Shown piece after piece: positions 50,126-64,000 of a stretch of 64,000 nucleotides of DNA. Below the pieces are notes generated by a model. The model was not told the DNA's origin. It worked only from the letters and a program-made list of their open reading frames with translations, and ran no database searches. The translations under genes were made by a program, and so were the position numbers. The stretch is from Lama guanicoe. Its lineage: Eukaryota. Position 1 is the first letter of the stretch. Every line of letters starts with the position of its first letter. Where the stretch lies: assembly GCA_013239625.1 (NCBI GenBank), contig MU053652.1, positions 558,001 to 622,000 on the forward strand. The letters are read 5' to 3'.

Positions 50126-52769
50126 ACATCACCGCAGTGTGGACCAACACTGGTAGATTTGAGAACCTACAGAAAGCCAATTTACTTTTGTGGTGAATCC
50201 AAGAACCCCAAGAAGCCTAGTCTAGAGTTTAATGACCACCCCCACAACCAGACTACCAACAAATGTACCAGCTAACCTAACACAGCCTTCTACAGCTTTC
50301 AGCTTCCAACGGCCCTTTTGCACAGGCTCTTTGGAATTCTACATTCAGGGAGGGTTTTCTCCTTCTTGATACTTCATAATTCCCTCTGCAGAAAGAGCTG
50401 TCATTTTCTTTTAGAGCCCAAGTGTTGGGGGAACAGAGGCAACATGTTCTACTCTCGACAGTGTGGCTGATGCACCGACCTGTGTATCAAATTTCCAAAA
50501 CTCAGAGAAGACTGGCTGCTCAGTGTTGTGATGTCATACGTGGTGTTACCATGAAGCAAGGCATATTATAATCAGAGCGATTTTTAAAGGCTCAAGTAAT
50601 GAATTAGCATTTCAGGAGGCGAAACGAACAATTTCTAGTTTTAAAAACACCAACGTGTTTCCAGGGGTGGTGGCAGTCATGGAGGTGCTCCACTTAGATC
50701 TGCCTGTAAGAGAACGTGGTGAGGGCAGCAGAACTGCTCGGTGTTCATGGCAGGCCACGTTCTCCAGAGTTCCTCCCAGTGACTGAGCATGGCAGGCATA
50801 CCTTAACAGGACTACTGCAGCCCAGTGTGGGATATTTTATGATGCTACTCTGCTCCAAAAAGAAAAAAAGACATTGCTCTTGGGAATTATGAACAATAAT
50901 TTGGTAGACTCTTGGTAAACCCAGGAGAATTGCTAATTCCAAGCAAGAGGTTGTCTTTATTAACATAAAAGGGCAGTTTAAAAAAAGTATGTAAAGGAAG
51001 AAACCTGTTTAGCGACAAACTCTTAAAACCAATGTTTGAGCTCCCAAATCCAACACGTCTCAGAGGCTGCTAATATCATTAATACTTCCCTTTTCCATAT
51101 TTACAAAAATAGAACAAACCAAAAAACCTCTTATTGACTTAGTAACACTTTAAAATAAAATGCTAAAAGTGTAGATTTTTAAAGCCTTAAAAAGGAATCA
51201 TAGGAAGAAGAAATTACTCTAAATATGAAGAAAATGAAGGATTATTTTTGAAAGCATGTTAACTATGACCGTTAAAGCATTTAGGGTACTGCCTGATGAC
51301 TAGAAATAAAAACTTAACTTGTAGTAAAAAGCGGTTAGTGACCATTGGTTCTATGGTAATATCATTCGTCAAATAAAACTCATCCCTCCAGCACCCAACT
51401 CCTACCCTTTCAATCCACCAGAACACACTGCCTGCTCCCCAGTAAGTCATTGGGGTAAGTCCTCTGACCTACATAACAAGAAATCTAACTGATATTTCCC
51501 AAATGGCCCAAAGGCCTAGTGAGTTCTAAAAAGTTTCAAGGAACAGAGTTTCTAAGATATCTATACCTTCTCTTTTTCCCCCTCACTCTTTGCTTTTTAT
51601 TGTATCATAAATCCACACTACTTACCTAGCACTACAGCCAAAATAAGAGTTAGTAGTATTGAGAAAGCCATTTAAGAAAAAAAAAAACACTCATTTTTTG
51701 TAGACAAGGGCTTATTTAAATGCATAGTATTTAAACCTTTCACTTATACAATGAAGATGGCAAGTAGATACAAATTTTACACTCTCTAAAAGCAAAACCC
51801 TGCGGCCTACCAAAACAAAATCATCTTTCTAATGCAACTTTGCAATGGAGATTTAGACTCCAAAGGTAATTTGGCATCCAGGGTGCTTACTGATACACGA
51901 ATTATACTCACAGAGACAAATCAATAGAATTTGTTTGATTGCTTTATCATTCCTCCATTATATCAGATCTTCTAAGGCAGAAAAGATCATAAGGATGTTT
52001 GAGGATTGTTCACTTGAAGATACAAGGAGGAGGCCAAATCCTATCACACCTATTACAGAATCGAGTCTGACCATGAAATCTTAATTAACACTGTAACAAT
52101 TTACTTAAAAGTCTCGATGCAGCCTACATGCTGCTAGTATGTAGGAAATGCTGTTGGTATTTTAGAAGAATTAAATTAAAAGGAAAAATCCAATATGGCA
52201 GAGGCCACATCATAGACTAATAAGGGATCAGATAAAGCAATTATTGCTTGGGTATTGTTTCTAGTAATATGATAGAATGAGGGGGAAAATGACTCTGAAA
52301 CTTTGGTTAGACTGTAACTTTGGGAATTAGTCATGGTGGGAAGACAGCAGGTGAACCCCACTTTCTGACTCTGTCCACACTCTAGAAACAGTGGAAAAGT
52401 CTTAAATGAGACAGTATCTCAGATAAAGTCCTGTTTAAAGTTAATAAGGAAATCATGAGGAATCTGGTTTACATTTTTTTCTCACTAATTATCCCCTAAG
52501 GTCTGAATCAAGAGATAGAGTAGCATTAACAGCAACCTGAATTAACTCTCATTCTGCATAGTTTGGACCTTTCCTTTGTCCAAAGAAGACATGTCCTGAG
52601 AAGAGTGCCAGCAGTTCTCATCAATCAAGTATACTTTTACAGGCCTTTCAGGGACACTTTTTATTAAAGAGGTGAAATACACAGTGAATATCACTAGATA
52701 TCTCCAGGGAGAACAGACTATCACCTGGCTAAGGTATGGTACCAAGACAGTATTCATAAGGACTTATAA

Positions 52770-53015
52770 TAAAGATGCTATATATGTCTAGCTATATGCC
52801 AGAGATTGTTTTAAGAACTTTACATATATTAGCAAGCTTAATCCTTACAACAATCATATAAGATAGGTCCGTTATTATCATCTCCATATAACAGATGAGG
52901 ACTAAAGAACAGAGAGGTTTAGTGAATTGCCCAAAGTCACACAGCTAATAAATGACCGGGCCAGGATTTGAATCTCGACAGGATATCTTAAAGTCTACCT
53001 TCTCAACCATATGCC
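52770..53015 (-). mobile_element. MIR, near full length
   Basis: ttaatccttacaacaatcatataagatagg...acagatgaggactaaagaacagagaggtttagtgaattgcccaaagtcacacagctaataaatgaccgggccaggatttgaa. Confidence 0.9.
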
Positions 53016-56000
53016 ATATCTCTCATCCATACTACTGCAGTTCTAAATCAGGCCATCCCTGATTCCAACAATAATCATAATACTGCCTTGTTCTCTAGAA
53101 TGAAATTTCGCTAAGAATGTGAACGCACTGTTTTCAGCCCTGGAGTAACTTCTCGCATGACCCTCTGCAGGAAGCAGTTTTACTGTATACTGTGGTCCAA
53201 AAGGAGAGCCTCAGATTGTCTGAATCAGACCTGGATATACAATTTAGTAATAAGGTTTCCTGATAATTGCTTCCAAAGATGCATCTGTGAAAGCAAAGTC
53301 AATTAACAAAATATCTACTCTCAGTAGAAATTCTGTTAAGTACTATGTTCAGAAAATTCTCTTTGATAAGGAACAAAAAATCATTAAAGATCTTGGTAAG
53401 ATTATTTTAAAATCTATAATCTTGGCAGACTAAACATAAAATCAATAACAAAAGACAATTATGTAATAATGTCTGTAAATATAAATTAAGTAATTTTCTT
53501 GGCCCTCAAGTGGTCCTATATTTGGAACAAAATTAAAGCTCATACTCTTTTTTATTTTCACTTTAGTTTCTTTCCAGAAGGCTAAAGGGGGCCTTCATGT
53601 TACAGGACAGTTTTGTTTCCTATTTTTAATAAGGCAGTAAACTACACCTAAGTATACTTGGATATAAAGTAATTAGGAGGCTATCAATAGAGTGGAGAAC
53701 AAATTTGTGGCCCACAACTTGCAATAAAGAAACTTAGAAAAATCATACTTTAAGAATACCCATTTGCAGACCCAAAGCAACAGGTTTCTGCACTTAATCC
53801 AAATTATTTGGCCTATAAATAGGCTTCCTCTGAGCCAAATGTCAGCTCTTGAACATTTGATAACTCTCAAAAAACAATATGTTGATGACTTCAGAGGAAA
53901 CAAATCAAATATGAATTGAATTTTTCATAAATTACACATGATCTTAAAAATTAAAGAGATGAGTGAATGAATCCTGTCCACATTCACAATGGAACCCAAT
54001 TCATCATTCACATGCTGTAGTCCTCCATTTGCAAAGAGGTCAATTAGCCTTCTCTGATGGTCCCTTTTTCTACATAAAGGAATTAAACTTGGGGCAACAC
54101 GTGCCAAATGTCTGAAACAAGGGAGATGTTCAATTAACTCCTGAAAAATGACTGAATAAATTAATATAGAAGTGAAAGTAATGTACAAATCATGTCAGTG
54201 CAGTTTTAGCATCAGACATGGAGAGGAAGAAGACCAGCCTATAAGGAAGATGCTACATTGCTGTGTTATTGAGGAACAACACAAAGATACCACCATTTTC
54301 ATTCCCAGCCACCAAAGGGTGGAATTAGACAATACAATGTGACAATCCATAAAGAGACAGTAAAAAGAGAAACCAAACCTCAAGCGGCTTAAAACCATAC
54401 ATACTTGCATCTTGAAGTCCTCACTTCCTTCAGTTTCTAACCTAGCTAGAGTTGTATCGCTACTTTATTTTGTCCTATTTCTTTGATTTAAGAGTGCTTT
54501 TCATCCATAGAATACCCATAAATGTCCAAAGACCCTTAAGTCCAATAAGATTTATAAGTAAAAAGAAGATAGATGTATTTCCTTCAAGGGAACTGATGAT
54601 GTAGTTTTCTTCTAACACTGAATCTAATTCTATACTCCCTAGAAATCATTTTCTGAAATTTTAAGAACGCCAAATTTCAATTTTTCTTTTGTAGACACTA
54701 CAACATCCCAAACGGTCTACAGCCATGACTTACCTGCACCGAGGGCTCCATACCAGTCCAACTATTTTCTATGTGTTTATGGACTTAACGACATTCAACA
54801 GAAGAGTGAAGGAATAAGCTTGTACAATAATATTATGGATGCCTCACAAAAGACACGGACAGGGAAAAGACCTCATATTTTCTTGGATATTTTGATGCCT
54901 TATCTGTGTCACAGTCCTCTCCACTGTACTAAATCCACGAAAAAAAACTATAGGAAGACTATGTCCCAGATAACATTAGTGTAACTGTACTTATATTCCT
55001 CTAGATGCACCTGCTATATATTTGGTAGATAAAATTAATTTGTCTTCTTGTCTAACTTCATTAAGGATGATAAACTAAAAGACAAGAGTACAAGGACAGT
55101 GCTACACTGTGTACCCAGATTAAGAAAGCTGTGTGTCTGCAGATCACCCTGCGGGATTATCAAATTGACTTTTTATTGAATAGCTCAACAAATGGCTTGA
55201 ACTCATTTCTCCACGACACAGCCAAGAATAATCTATGTACACTCTTCTAATTTATATGTATGCTTAATGCTTAGAGGCTGAGTATTTCATCCTTGTTGAT
55301 TTCTACTCCTTTTCCCCAAAGGACAGGCATACTGCAGATTAAAGAGATTAAGAAACCTTGGCAGGTGACACTACATAGTAAAGAGTTTAGGAGGGAAATG
55401 AAATTCCTTACTTCCAACAGCACAAACTAAGGGGGAAAAAAGTATAAACACTGTTTTTATAATGGCAAAAAATTATAGTCTGCATGTCCCAAATATTAAG
55501 TCTAGGGGCGTGTTTAACATACCACAATTCATATGAATTTTATGAAACAATTATCACATACATAAAACAAATCTATTTAAGGATACAGACAGATATCCAT
55601 AGTGGAGAAACTGAGTGAATAGGCATATGTAAAATAAATACAGATAACAGGATGCCATGTTGGGGTCACATCTGCAAAGGAAAAAAAAACTCTCAAATGA
55701 CATCTAAGCAAACATTAACAATGATGAACACTCAGCATTAGACATTATGGGCCATGACAAATCCTTCTTTTTCTCATGTCTATTTTCTGTTTATTCTACT
55801 ATATACTAGAGTATTGGTTTATATAACTTTAAGAATTTAAATACTTTCCTATATGTAGGTAGTGGATTGGTGGTAATAAACTTTGTATACAAATTATGTA
55901 TGTACATTTCTGTGTTATTGCTAAACACATGGCTTTACTCACTGAGCCTTGCTTTGTGATTTATATCTTATTTTCTCTTTGATCTTGCTTATAATGTCTA

Positions 56001-56067
56001 TTCCCTTCCTTCTGGATTATCCTTCCCACTCTCCTTTCCTTGGATCTAAATTCAGTCTTCCATAAAT

Positions 56068-56198
56068 AAGGTGACAACAAAATTTCTCATATAAACTGGG
56101 ACACTTTTGAGAATGAAAGAGGCCAATATTATTCCAGCAAAAGAGGTATGAACTAGTGTTTGTTTTCGCAGCCAAATTAGTACATCTGGTCAACCTCT
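56068..56198. mobile_element. MER81-like hAT-Blackjack MITE
   Basis: aaggtgacaac...aaactgggacacttttgagaatgaaagaggc...ctggtcaacct, with inverted termini. Confidence 0.75.
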
Positions 56199-56910
56199 TA
56201 TAATTACCTTGTTCAAAAAATAAATTTAAATAAAAGTAAAGAATTGTATTTAAAAAAAAACTACCACAATTATGACTCCATAGGAGGAGTTAAATCCTCT
56301 TAAAAATCACAGACCTGGAGCCTTGGGGTAAAGGCAGTGCTACATCTTATTGCCATATACCTGAGTCACTGCTGGAGGTAACAGAAGTTAGTCAGGTTAA
56401 CCATATTTTCATCATTATTTAGTCAACTAATAAGGGATAAGAGTAAATTGAGTGGAGGATTAGAATCTTCAGGGAAACATAATCACAAACTTTGAAATGA
56501 CATTGTGAGTTTTCCATAAGCCTCAGTGATTCCTGAAATTGGTCCAGGGATAAGACTCATACAGCCCATTTAATTCACCTAAAAACATCTAATTCATTAA
56601 GCCCAATGGAAATATGAACTAAGAACTAATGTCCGTAAGTTAGAGACCATATACTACCATATGCACAAGTAGAGTAAGAAGAAGTTAGGCTTGAACTAAG
56701 CGGATTTATAAAATTGCTTTTTTCTGAAAAATCATATTAAATGCCTTCAAGTTTTTATGCTTAATATCCACGGTCAATATGCCACTGATTATCAGCAATA
56801 ACCTGAGTTAAAACAGCAATGGCATGGGAATTAACAGTAATAACCTAACTGGAGCTAATATTTTTTGAATGCTTACTATTTCTGGGCTCTGTCTAAGCTA
56901 ACTCACCAAC

Positions 56911-56928
56911 TATATATATATATATATA
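56911..56928. repeat. (TA)9 microsatellite
   Basis: Read directly. Confidence 0.9.
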
Positions 56929-58304
56929 AATAAAAATCTCAATTTCTTTGATTGCCTTCTTTTTCCAACATCTTGATTCAATGTCATTCTACTTCCTACT
57001 GGAACATCTTTAAACCTTTACAAACACTAAGAGTCCACAGCTGGTAAGGAGGCTGCATTCATTTAGAAAGCAAGTGAACCATTATAGTAACACATATGGA
57101 CTTGGCTAAGCATACACTTTCTGCTCATGCCTAAGAATAATTCAAGATATCAGTCTGGATCTTCAGGGATATTGATGGTCTGCACCCTTGCAGCCTTCCC
57201 AACTGTGCCCCAGCAGGTTAGCTCACAGACAGACACTCACACAATGAGATCAAGACTATGGCTTCATCTGCTTTCTGATATCACTTTATTTTGCACAGAG
57301 AATAATCACTCAGTACCACACACCATATCCTTAATTTCAGCTATGTGTTTTGAAAACATGTGGCTTTGGTCATGAGGGTATCAGATGTAAGAGAGAATGG
57401 CTTAATAGAAACTCAGCCCTATTATCAGGATGGTGGGTGTGGGTAGATTAAAACCATCACTGCAACAAAACAAAATAAATCTCAAACTGGTAGTGGACAG
57501 CAGACCCATTTTCACAGACTGGCCATCTGCTATACAGCCAATTTAGGTCGGAAGGGCTGCAGACAGAGTGATGGTGAACTTGTGGGAGGACAGCAGGGGG
57601 CAGAAGCTTTTGTAAGTATGACTACAAAGGCAAGGAAAGGAGAGCCAGCAGCTCCAAGAATTACATTATCAGCTTACTGCTGACATTTCAACCTCCAAAA
57701 TGTAAAAGTTAATTAGAACCCACAAAAAAAGTATCCAGAGATATCAGCAGCTGTAGAAGGTAGCACATTTTGGGATGTGATCTGCTTTGGTAAGCAGCAT
57801 TTCCCAGGCAGTCATCCAGGGAGCTCAAAAGGCAAAAACAAATAGAACAAAACCTAGCAAATATACAGATTATCAGGCTCTGCTCCAAACCTACTATATT
57901 AGGTTTTTCTCGAGGCGGGTTGACAGGAGGGTAGATGTCAGTTGGGGAGCAGAAATCTGTACTTTTAAGAAACTCTCTAAGGAATCTTACTCTGTCACAT
58001 TTGGAAACCACCACCCTAGACACATCAGTTGTGATACCCGGGGTGAAAAAGACTAAATTTCTGCACATGACTTGAGCGGCTGTGTCTCTAAAATAGGATA
58101 TAGAAACTGAGTGGGTAGCCTGTAAAACAGTGTTGTTTTCAACCACAAAGGTGCTGAGAGCCTTCTTACACCTCCTAGTGGAAGTTTATGAGGTGCAGGC
58201 AAGCACTCGGGAAACATGATGTGACAAAACCGATCAGAGGGCAACTCAGGGTGCTTGGAGCCCCACAGCCGACCAACCAGGAGGCGCGTCCCGTTTGGGC
58301 TCAC

Positions 58305-58575
58305 TGTAACCCCAGGAGGTAGGTCGTATTCCCACCCTCATTTTACAGACGAGGAGACTCAAGGTCAGAAAAGCCTTACTATTTTCACATTCACCCAGAT
58401 CATAAAGCAGGAGGCAGTGCTGTTAAGGGAAAGGAGCAAGATTCTAGAAGCAGGAGAACAGAGTGTCAGCTGAGGCTTGCACTGAAATTAGTACTCTGGA
58501 TCTCAAATGTCCTTGTTTGTAAAGGGATTGGATTAGATCACTTCTAAGGTCCCTTAAAAATTTAACAGTCTATGG
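58305..58575. mobile_element. Two adjacent MIR fragments in opposite orientation
   Basis: cattttacagacgaggagactcaagg (minus), then gaggcagtgctgttaagggaaaggagc...ggattggattagatcacttctaaggtccctt (plus). Confidence 0.65.
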
Positions 58576-60964
58576 TTTTAAGCTGTCACAGGCAGGGTTT
58601 CTGCCACACGGCTCAGTTTCTGTTATATCCTATTTGATTGCCATGTTTATAGTGATGTTCAGCCAAAGCAGGAACTGAAAATCCAGGTTAGGGGCTACTG
58701 CAGGAGTTATCCAAATGCAAGGTTTATATATGAGAATAAACCATTTTAATTCATGCACTGAAAGATCTTCCTTAGTAAAGCTAGAAGGTGGAGGTGGGGT
58801 GGGGATAGTGGTTTGAATTCAACAGTGTGAAAATTCTTTGTGTTTTAAGTTGCCACGGTAAGTGGCATGTTCCGTGAGACCAGGCGTTAGAGGCTGCTGT
58901 GTGAGATGTTCCTAAATACTACCAGGGCTGCAGCAAAAACTCTGTCTGCAAAATACATGCCCGGCACAGCCGGGGATGCAGAGTACATACTAAGTAGCAA
59001 ACGTAAATGTGCAGAACGGCTGGATAATTGTTGAACTCGTGCCTCATATATTCATAGTTAATTTTGGCAACCGATTTCAGTTACGGGAAGTGGGAAAATG
59101 GGGAGGGGGTGACTTCTCCTGTCCTTCAACTTCCCAGAAATGTATTAGAAATGACAGCCTATGATTGCTGCAGACAGTATCTAATTAACTGTCATTATAA
59201 AACACATGTCAGAGCCTGGGGCCTATGAGGGATCTGATGTCTAATTTCTCCCCAGAATAATAAGAGTCTCCTTTGAAATACGCTGGTGAATGAATTTTGT
59301 TGTCTTATTAATCAACTGATTTCAACCTGACCCCTGATTTCCCTCCCATACCTTATTCTTTCCTGCTGCGTCCCCCTCCCCTAACTACTTTGGAACTCAT
59401 ATTTTAGACAAGTGATGGATTTAAAACAACTTCTTGTCGTCTTCTGCCAACGCAATCTCAATAAAGAGCTACTGCAGAAATATGATATGGAAATGGAAGC
59501 TGTTTGTAAAAACTATTAACTCAATAATGAAACAATTATTCCTAAACAACCATGAAAATTACTTACAAGCCTGATTTTCTCTCATTTGGCCGTACCCCAG
59601 ATTGTGATTCTATTTTCATTCCTATTAATTAGAACAAAGAATTTAATCCTTCTCTCCTTCTATTATGCAAAAACAAGCCTGGTTATTAGGGAGCTATCTA
59701 GTTTCCAATTAATTTCATTTAGGACTGAGTTGCAGAGACGGAATCATTACTGATGTCCTCTAACTAGGGGCTTAAGACGAAATGGGGCCTGAATCAACAC
59801 AGAAATTCCTCCCCATTCACTATTCCATTCACAAGACAGCATCCCCAAATGGATCCATGACATTCTGCAACTAAGCAAGGAACATTAACAAATGAAGCCA
59901 AATGAAACCAGAAAACAGATTCATTTGACAGAATTTGTGTGAGATTGTGCATATAATACATCCATGCTAACTGCCACTCACCCCTTCCAGTACTGGAATA
60001 ATGATCATCCACAATTATGTAGAATTTTTCTGGGAGAGGAAGTCACATTCTACCTGCTTAATATGTGTTACTGATAATGATCAAAGCCTGTTTTTCAAAC
60101 TGCATCATAACCAGCATGGAATGGATTAATATTCAAAGGAACAGGACAGAACAGAACAGAAAATATCAGAGTGTATTATATGTGGTCATGTTTATATATA
60201 TGGATGTACATAACAATGTAAGTATGTATGCCTGGATACTGTTGGTTATAGTTGAAAATTCTGAAAACCTTTGGACCAAGGCAAAGAAATTGGTCAACAA
60301 ATATTCATTAAATACATAGATAACCTCAAAGTGAATTCAGTTGACCTAGTGCTTGTCAGCTACTTAATTTAACTTCACACTCTACTCATTAAGCATATCT
60401 GCTCCCTTCTTTCTTCTACAAGGAGACATCAGACAGTGTGGGAATGACCGTCATGTCAAAGGTCTAAAGATAAACTCGTAACTTCAAGTCAGTTCCAACT
60501 TCTGTTGAAGAATTAGCTGAGGTCTAGGACACTGGTAAATGTTGAAAAAGCTCCATTATGTGAATTACTGGAATGTAAAGTAAGCCATAATATTTTATCT
60601 AGCTGATCAGAGCAGATAATTATGTTCTATCTTTAAAATGCTATGCTCCTCTCTACATAGTCAGAAACAGTCATTTAACTGTGACATATTCGAGAGACAA
60701 CAAAATCCAGTAATCTATTTATACATCAGATATTTACATCTGCCCAGGAGAGTACTGGTAAGTAATTACTGTAGTGAAAATCAAAATGTAAGTTTGCCTA
60801 CATTAACTCAGGTACCTTGTCCGGAACCTTATGTGGCTCAAGGCCTCAGAGGGTAAAACTGGCCCAGAGGTAAAGCAAAGCTAATGGATTTTGTGACCTG
60901 GGCTGCTATACACAGGATCCGCTCAGGACAAAATTGTTCATTTGTCCATACGTCTATCTACCTA

Positions 60965-61500
60965 TCTGACTAGCATTTATTGAGCAATAACTATGTATCA
61001 AGCTTAATGCTAAGTACTGAGAATACGTCGCTAAGTACTGAGAATACGTCGATAGAAAATGGTTTTTATCCTCGAAAAATTTACTATATATATATATATA
61101 GTAAGAAGATATCAGCCTGTAAACAAGTGAGTACATTAAATATTTGAGATGCTGTGATTCAAATATATACAGTAGACAGTGGAGAGGAAAGGAAGGGGTG
61201 GTTAGTTCTCAGGAAAGGCTACTCAGAAGAGAGCTGACACTTCAGTGGACAATGGCTGCAGAAGGAGAGGACATCAAACATTTGGGTATGAGTGAGACAC
61301 AGAGGTAAAGCTGAGCAAAGCAAAAGAAGACCCTGGAGCCATAGGGCCAAATCCTGCGTGCTTCACTGAAGAGTCTGAACTATCCCCCGTGAGTGGGGAA
61401 GGGTAGGGAAGGTAGCAAAGTAACTGGTTGGGTGTTTTAAAAAGATGGCCCTGGGGAGAAAGCCTAGAGTCAAGAAGTTCCTTTAGAGGTCACTGACTAT
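60965..61500 (-). mobile_element. L2 3' fragment
   Basis: gcatttattgagcaataactatgtatcaagc...tcaggaaaggctactcagaagagagctgacactt. Confidence 0.7.
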
Positions 61501-62049
61501 GAACCTCTCCATTCAGGGATTTACCTCTCCATTCAAGGTTTATTTCCTCAAAATTATGTAATCTATCTCCCTTCAGCACTAAATTATTTAATACCCTCAC
61601 GTCATTTCCTATCTAGACTTTATCACCAAAGCACCTTACCTAAGACCATCTTTAAAATAGAAAAAAAAAAAAAGGTATGCCTCAAGATTTTCCCTCACTT
61701 TTATGCTGGGGTAAATGAAATTTGACTGGAGAATATTTATTTCATGCATTCATTGTACTTCTATATGATCAAAGCACTGTATGGTCATTCATAAATAAGA
61801 TACTTACTTTCTAGATGAAAGAAAATTTAAATTTACTGCATGGGTGATATTTCTCATCCTTGACGGCCAACCTAAATGCCATCTCCCCTAGGGAGTGTAC
61901 CCTAGTCTCTTGGCTAAAGTTTTTCTATCCCACTTTATTTCAACTTTTATTTTATTTTATTTCAATTTCCTAATGCACGTGTTATACTTCACCTTTCATT
62001 CTGTACCCGTCCTACTGGTTCATGGCTTACTAGTTCCTTAAGGAAGCAT

Positions 62050-62275
62050 TAACAGAGCATGGCTTTTGAGGAAGACAAACCTCAGTAGGAACCTCAGTTC
62101 CACCCTGAGTAGTTGTGTGAAGTTGGGTAAGTAACCTCACTGAGCCTCAAATCACTCACTTCTAGAAGAGACAAAATCACCAACCACCTCTCAGGGTTGT
62201 TTGGAAGATGAACGAAAATATCTAGCAGAGTGCCTAGTACATAGTTTGGGCTCAGAAACTGTTGGTTCCTTGTCT
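62050..62275 (+). mobile_element. MIR
   Basis: agagcatggcttttgaggaagacaaacct...gtgtgaagttgggtaagtaacctcactgagcctca...cagggttgtttggaagatgaa...gtgcctagtacatag. Confidence 0.85.
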
Positions 62276-64000
62276 TCCTCCTTTGACAAGGGGCTGGGGC
62301 CATATCTCTATTTCTTAGAGTGCCTAGGAAGAGACAGTACATTAAAGATATGCTGTATATACTTGATGGCTGAATGGATAAAGGAATAAATGATAAATAA
62401 ATGAAAACAATACATTAACTCAGTAAGTCTCCAGTAGTAGAGTTCAATGGCAGTAATAGGCCCAAAGGAGAAAGACTTTTGGACATGGAACTGTCCCTAC
62501 AACCTCTCCTATCAAATCATGGAGATGACAGGCTCATGACTTTTATGGAAGGATAGCCCCTACTGTCAGCGTTGTGGTGTGGGAAGAGTTAATCATTTGA
62601 TGTAATTTTGTGGATTTCTGGGAGTGATGAAACACACTGCTGATTATTTGAAGAGTCACTATGAAATAGCACGTACAACTGCCTACAGGGGGTGATGTAC
62701 GAGTTCCAGTTGTTACCCACCCCTCCCTCGCCCACCCCATCACTGTGGTTCTGGAGGTCTCAAGTGGCAACTTCCATACCTGTGGCTGAGACTCCGTTCT
62801 TCAGAGTCAGTCAGCTTCCCACAGGGGCCAGGCATGACACTTTTATATGTAAAAGATGCTAGTCTTTCAGGATTTTCACGAGTAATTAATCAACATAAGA
62901 TGTCTTGTTTACAAGTTGTTGGACAAGATGCATTTAGGCTATCTTCTTTAGCAATACAGACATGCTTCTAGGCAGAATTTTCTATTAGGATGAAACAAAG
63001 ACATTTTTAAAGAGAACTGCTTCCCATAGTACCTTCTATACAAAATGATAAATTGTTCCATAAAAGACAAAGTAAAGGCTCCTGATGAAAGACAAGCAAC
63101 ATTATTCTCGAGATACGAAACTACTGGGCCCCTTTGTTCTTTTCAGCTTGGAAACTTATTCTTCAATATCCTCCCACCACCACGACACTCTACGCCTCAC
63201 CTAAAAATACAGAGGCTGCAACTGACGTACTGTCTTATCTGAGTAGTGGAAGTTGTTTGGGTCATAGTCGAACATAATTCTTAAACATTCACAATCCTAT
63301 AAAGGAAACTTCCAAAAATAAATAAAAAGGTAAATTCTAATGGGTACTTCACTTACAGATTATTCTTGGCCTTAGATTAGAATCTGCCTTGGTAATGCAT
63401 CTGGAATTCACTTTGCCACATCAAATCCATGTGAAGGTTTGTCGGTGACACCAAAACATGCTTCACTGCAGCTTAAAATCCTAATCTACTCAATTATTCT
63501 CAAACTGCATTGGAAAAACATCCCATGGCTATTCTTTAATTCATGCTGTTGGAGACAATATCCAAGAGGCTTTAGCTGGTAGGATTCTCTCCTCTGTTTA
63601 CACAGGAAAAAAGCAGTAAGCTATTTAGGCTACGGCTATGCTGAGAATAGTTTAATTGCCTCTAACATGTTCCTGCAACCACTTGTTGCCTTTCCAAATT
63701 ATTCTGAAAGATGACAGAACCCTCTGTCTTGTCCATGCAAGTTTTTTCAAGCAGTCTTCACTAGTGGTTGGTCCCTCCTCAGCCACTTCAGTGGCTCCCT
63801 CAGAACATGCTGGCCTGACAGTGACAAGTGACCTGGTGATGGTCCTCTCCTTTCTGATGATTCCCAGCATCCGACCATATCACCTGACACTGCCCCTGAC
63901 CCAGGGACAGATACACGACTCGTCTCCCATGCCTTACTATGCATCCCCTTTTCTTCTCCACTAACTGCTCCTCTTTAAACTCTTCAGCTTCATTTTTTCC

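Larger units (their letters stand above)
12368..64000 (-). other. EXOC4: EXOC4 large intron upstream of the exon (partial, >51 kb)
   Basis: Ends at the AG acceptor 12369-12368. No other EXOC4 coding sequence is recognisable, consistent with the very long introns known for EXOC4. Confidence 0.8.

Noticed and set aside
54728..54745. Perfect sense-strand donor CAG|GTAAGT (also TAG|GTAAGT at ~9255-9263) as recursive splice sites
   Set aside because: Neither has a convincing pyrimidine tract directly upstream, and I found no paired acceptor; isolated donors are common by chance.
57709..58146. Longest ORFs in the track (145 aa here, 143 aa at 19970-20401) and other 60-125 aa ORFs
   Set aside because: No recognisable domains, many non-ATG starts, many overlap repeats; lengths are as expected by chance in 64 kb.
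1..64000. CRISPR array, operon, prophage or other prokaryotic-type system; non-retroviral viral insertion
   Set aside because: The sequence is mammalian intron. I saw no regularly spaced repeat-spacer array, dense ORFs or compositionally foreign segment.

Overview
AT-rich mammalian intronic DNA from inside the EXOC4 (SEC8, exocyst) gene, which lies on the minus strand. Only one protein-coding exon is supportable: 12148-12367 (220 bp, canonical AG/GT, ...[13 protein letters not shown]...VQRPLLQ). From recall it matches human exon 11, so the rest of the window is the two large flanking introns. tRNA-Ala-derived SINEs of the Vic-1 type and cetartiodactyl-type L1 3'UTRs point to a camelid genome (inference). 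The remainder is a typical eutherian repeat landscape (MIR, L2, L1M, MLT1, MER21, hAT/Tigger relics), lineage-specific L1/SINE/ERV1 insertions with visible target-site duplications, and several repeat-free, motif-dense blocks that look like enhancers. I see no evidence of a new multi-gene system. The best leads are a TSD-flanked chimeric L1 insertion about 0.4 kb upstream of the exon, a candidate 24-nt stop-containing microexon, a diverged ~125-bp duplication that is not a repeat I recognise, an ERV1 LTR nested at the poly(A) signal of a sense-oriented MER21 LTR, and candidate enhancers. Repeat family names and boundaries come from recall of consensus sequences and are approximate.
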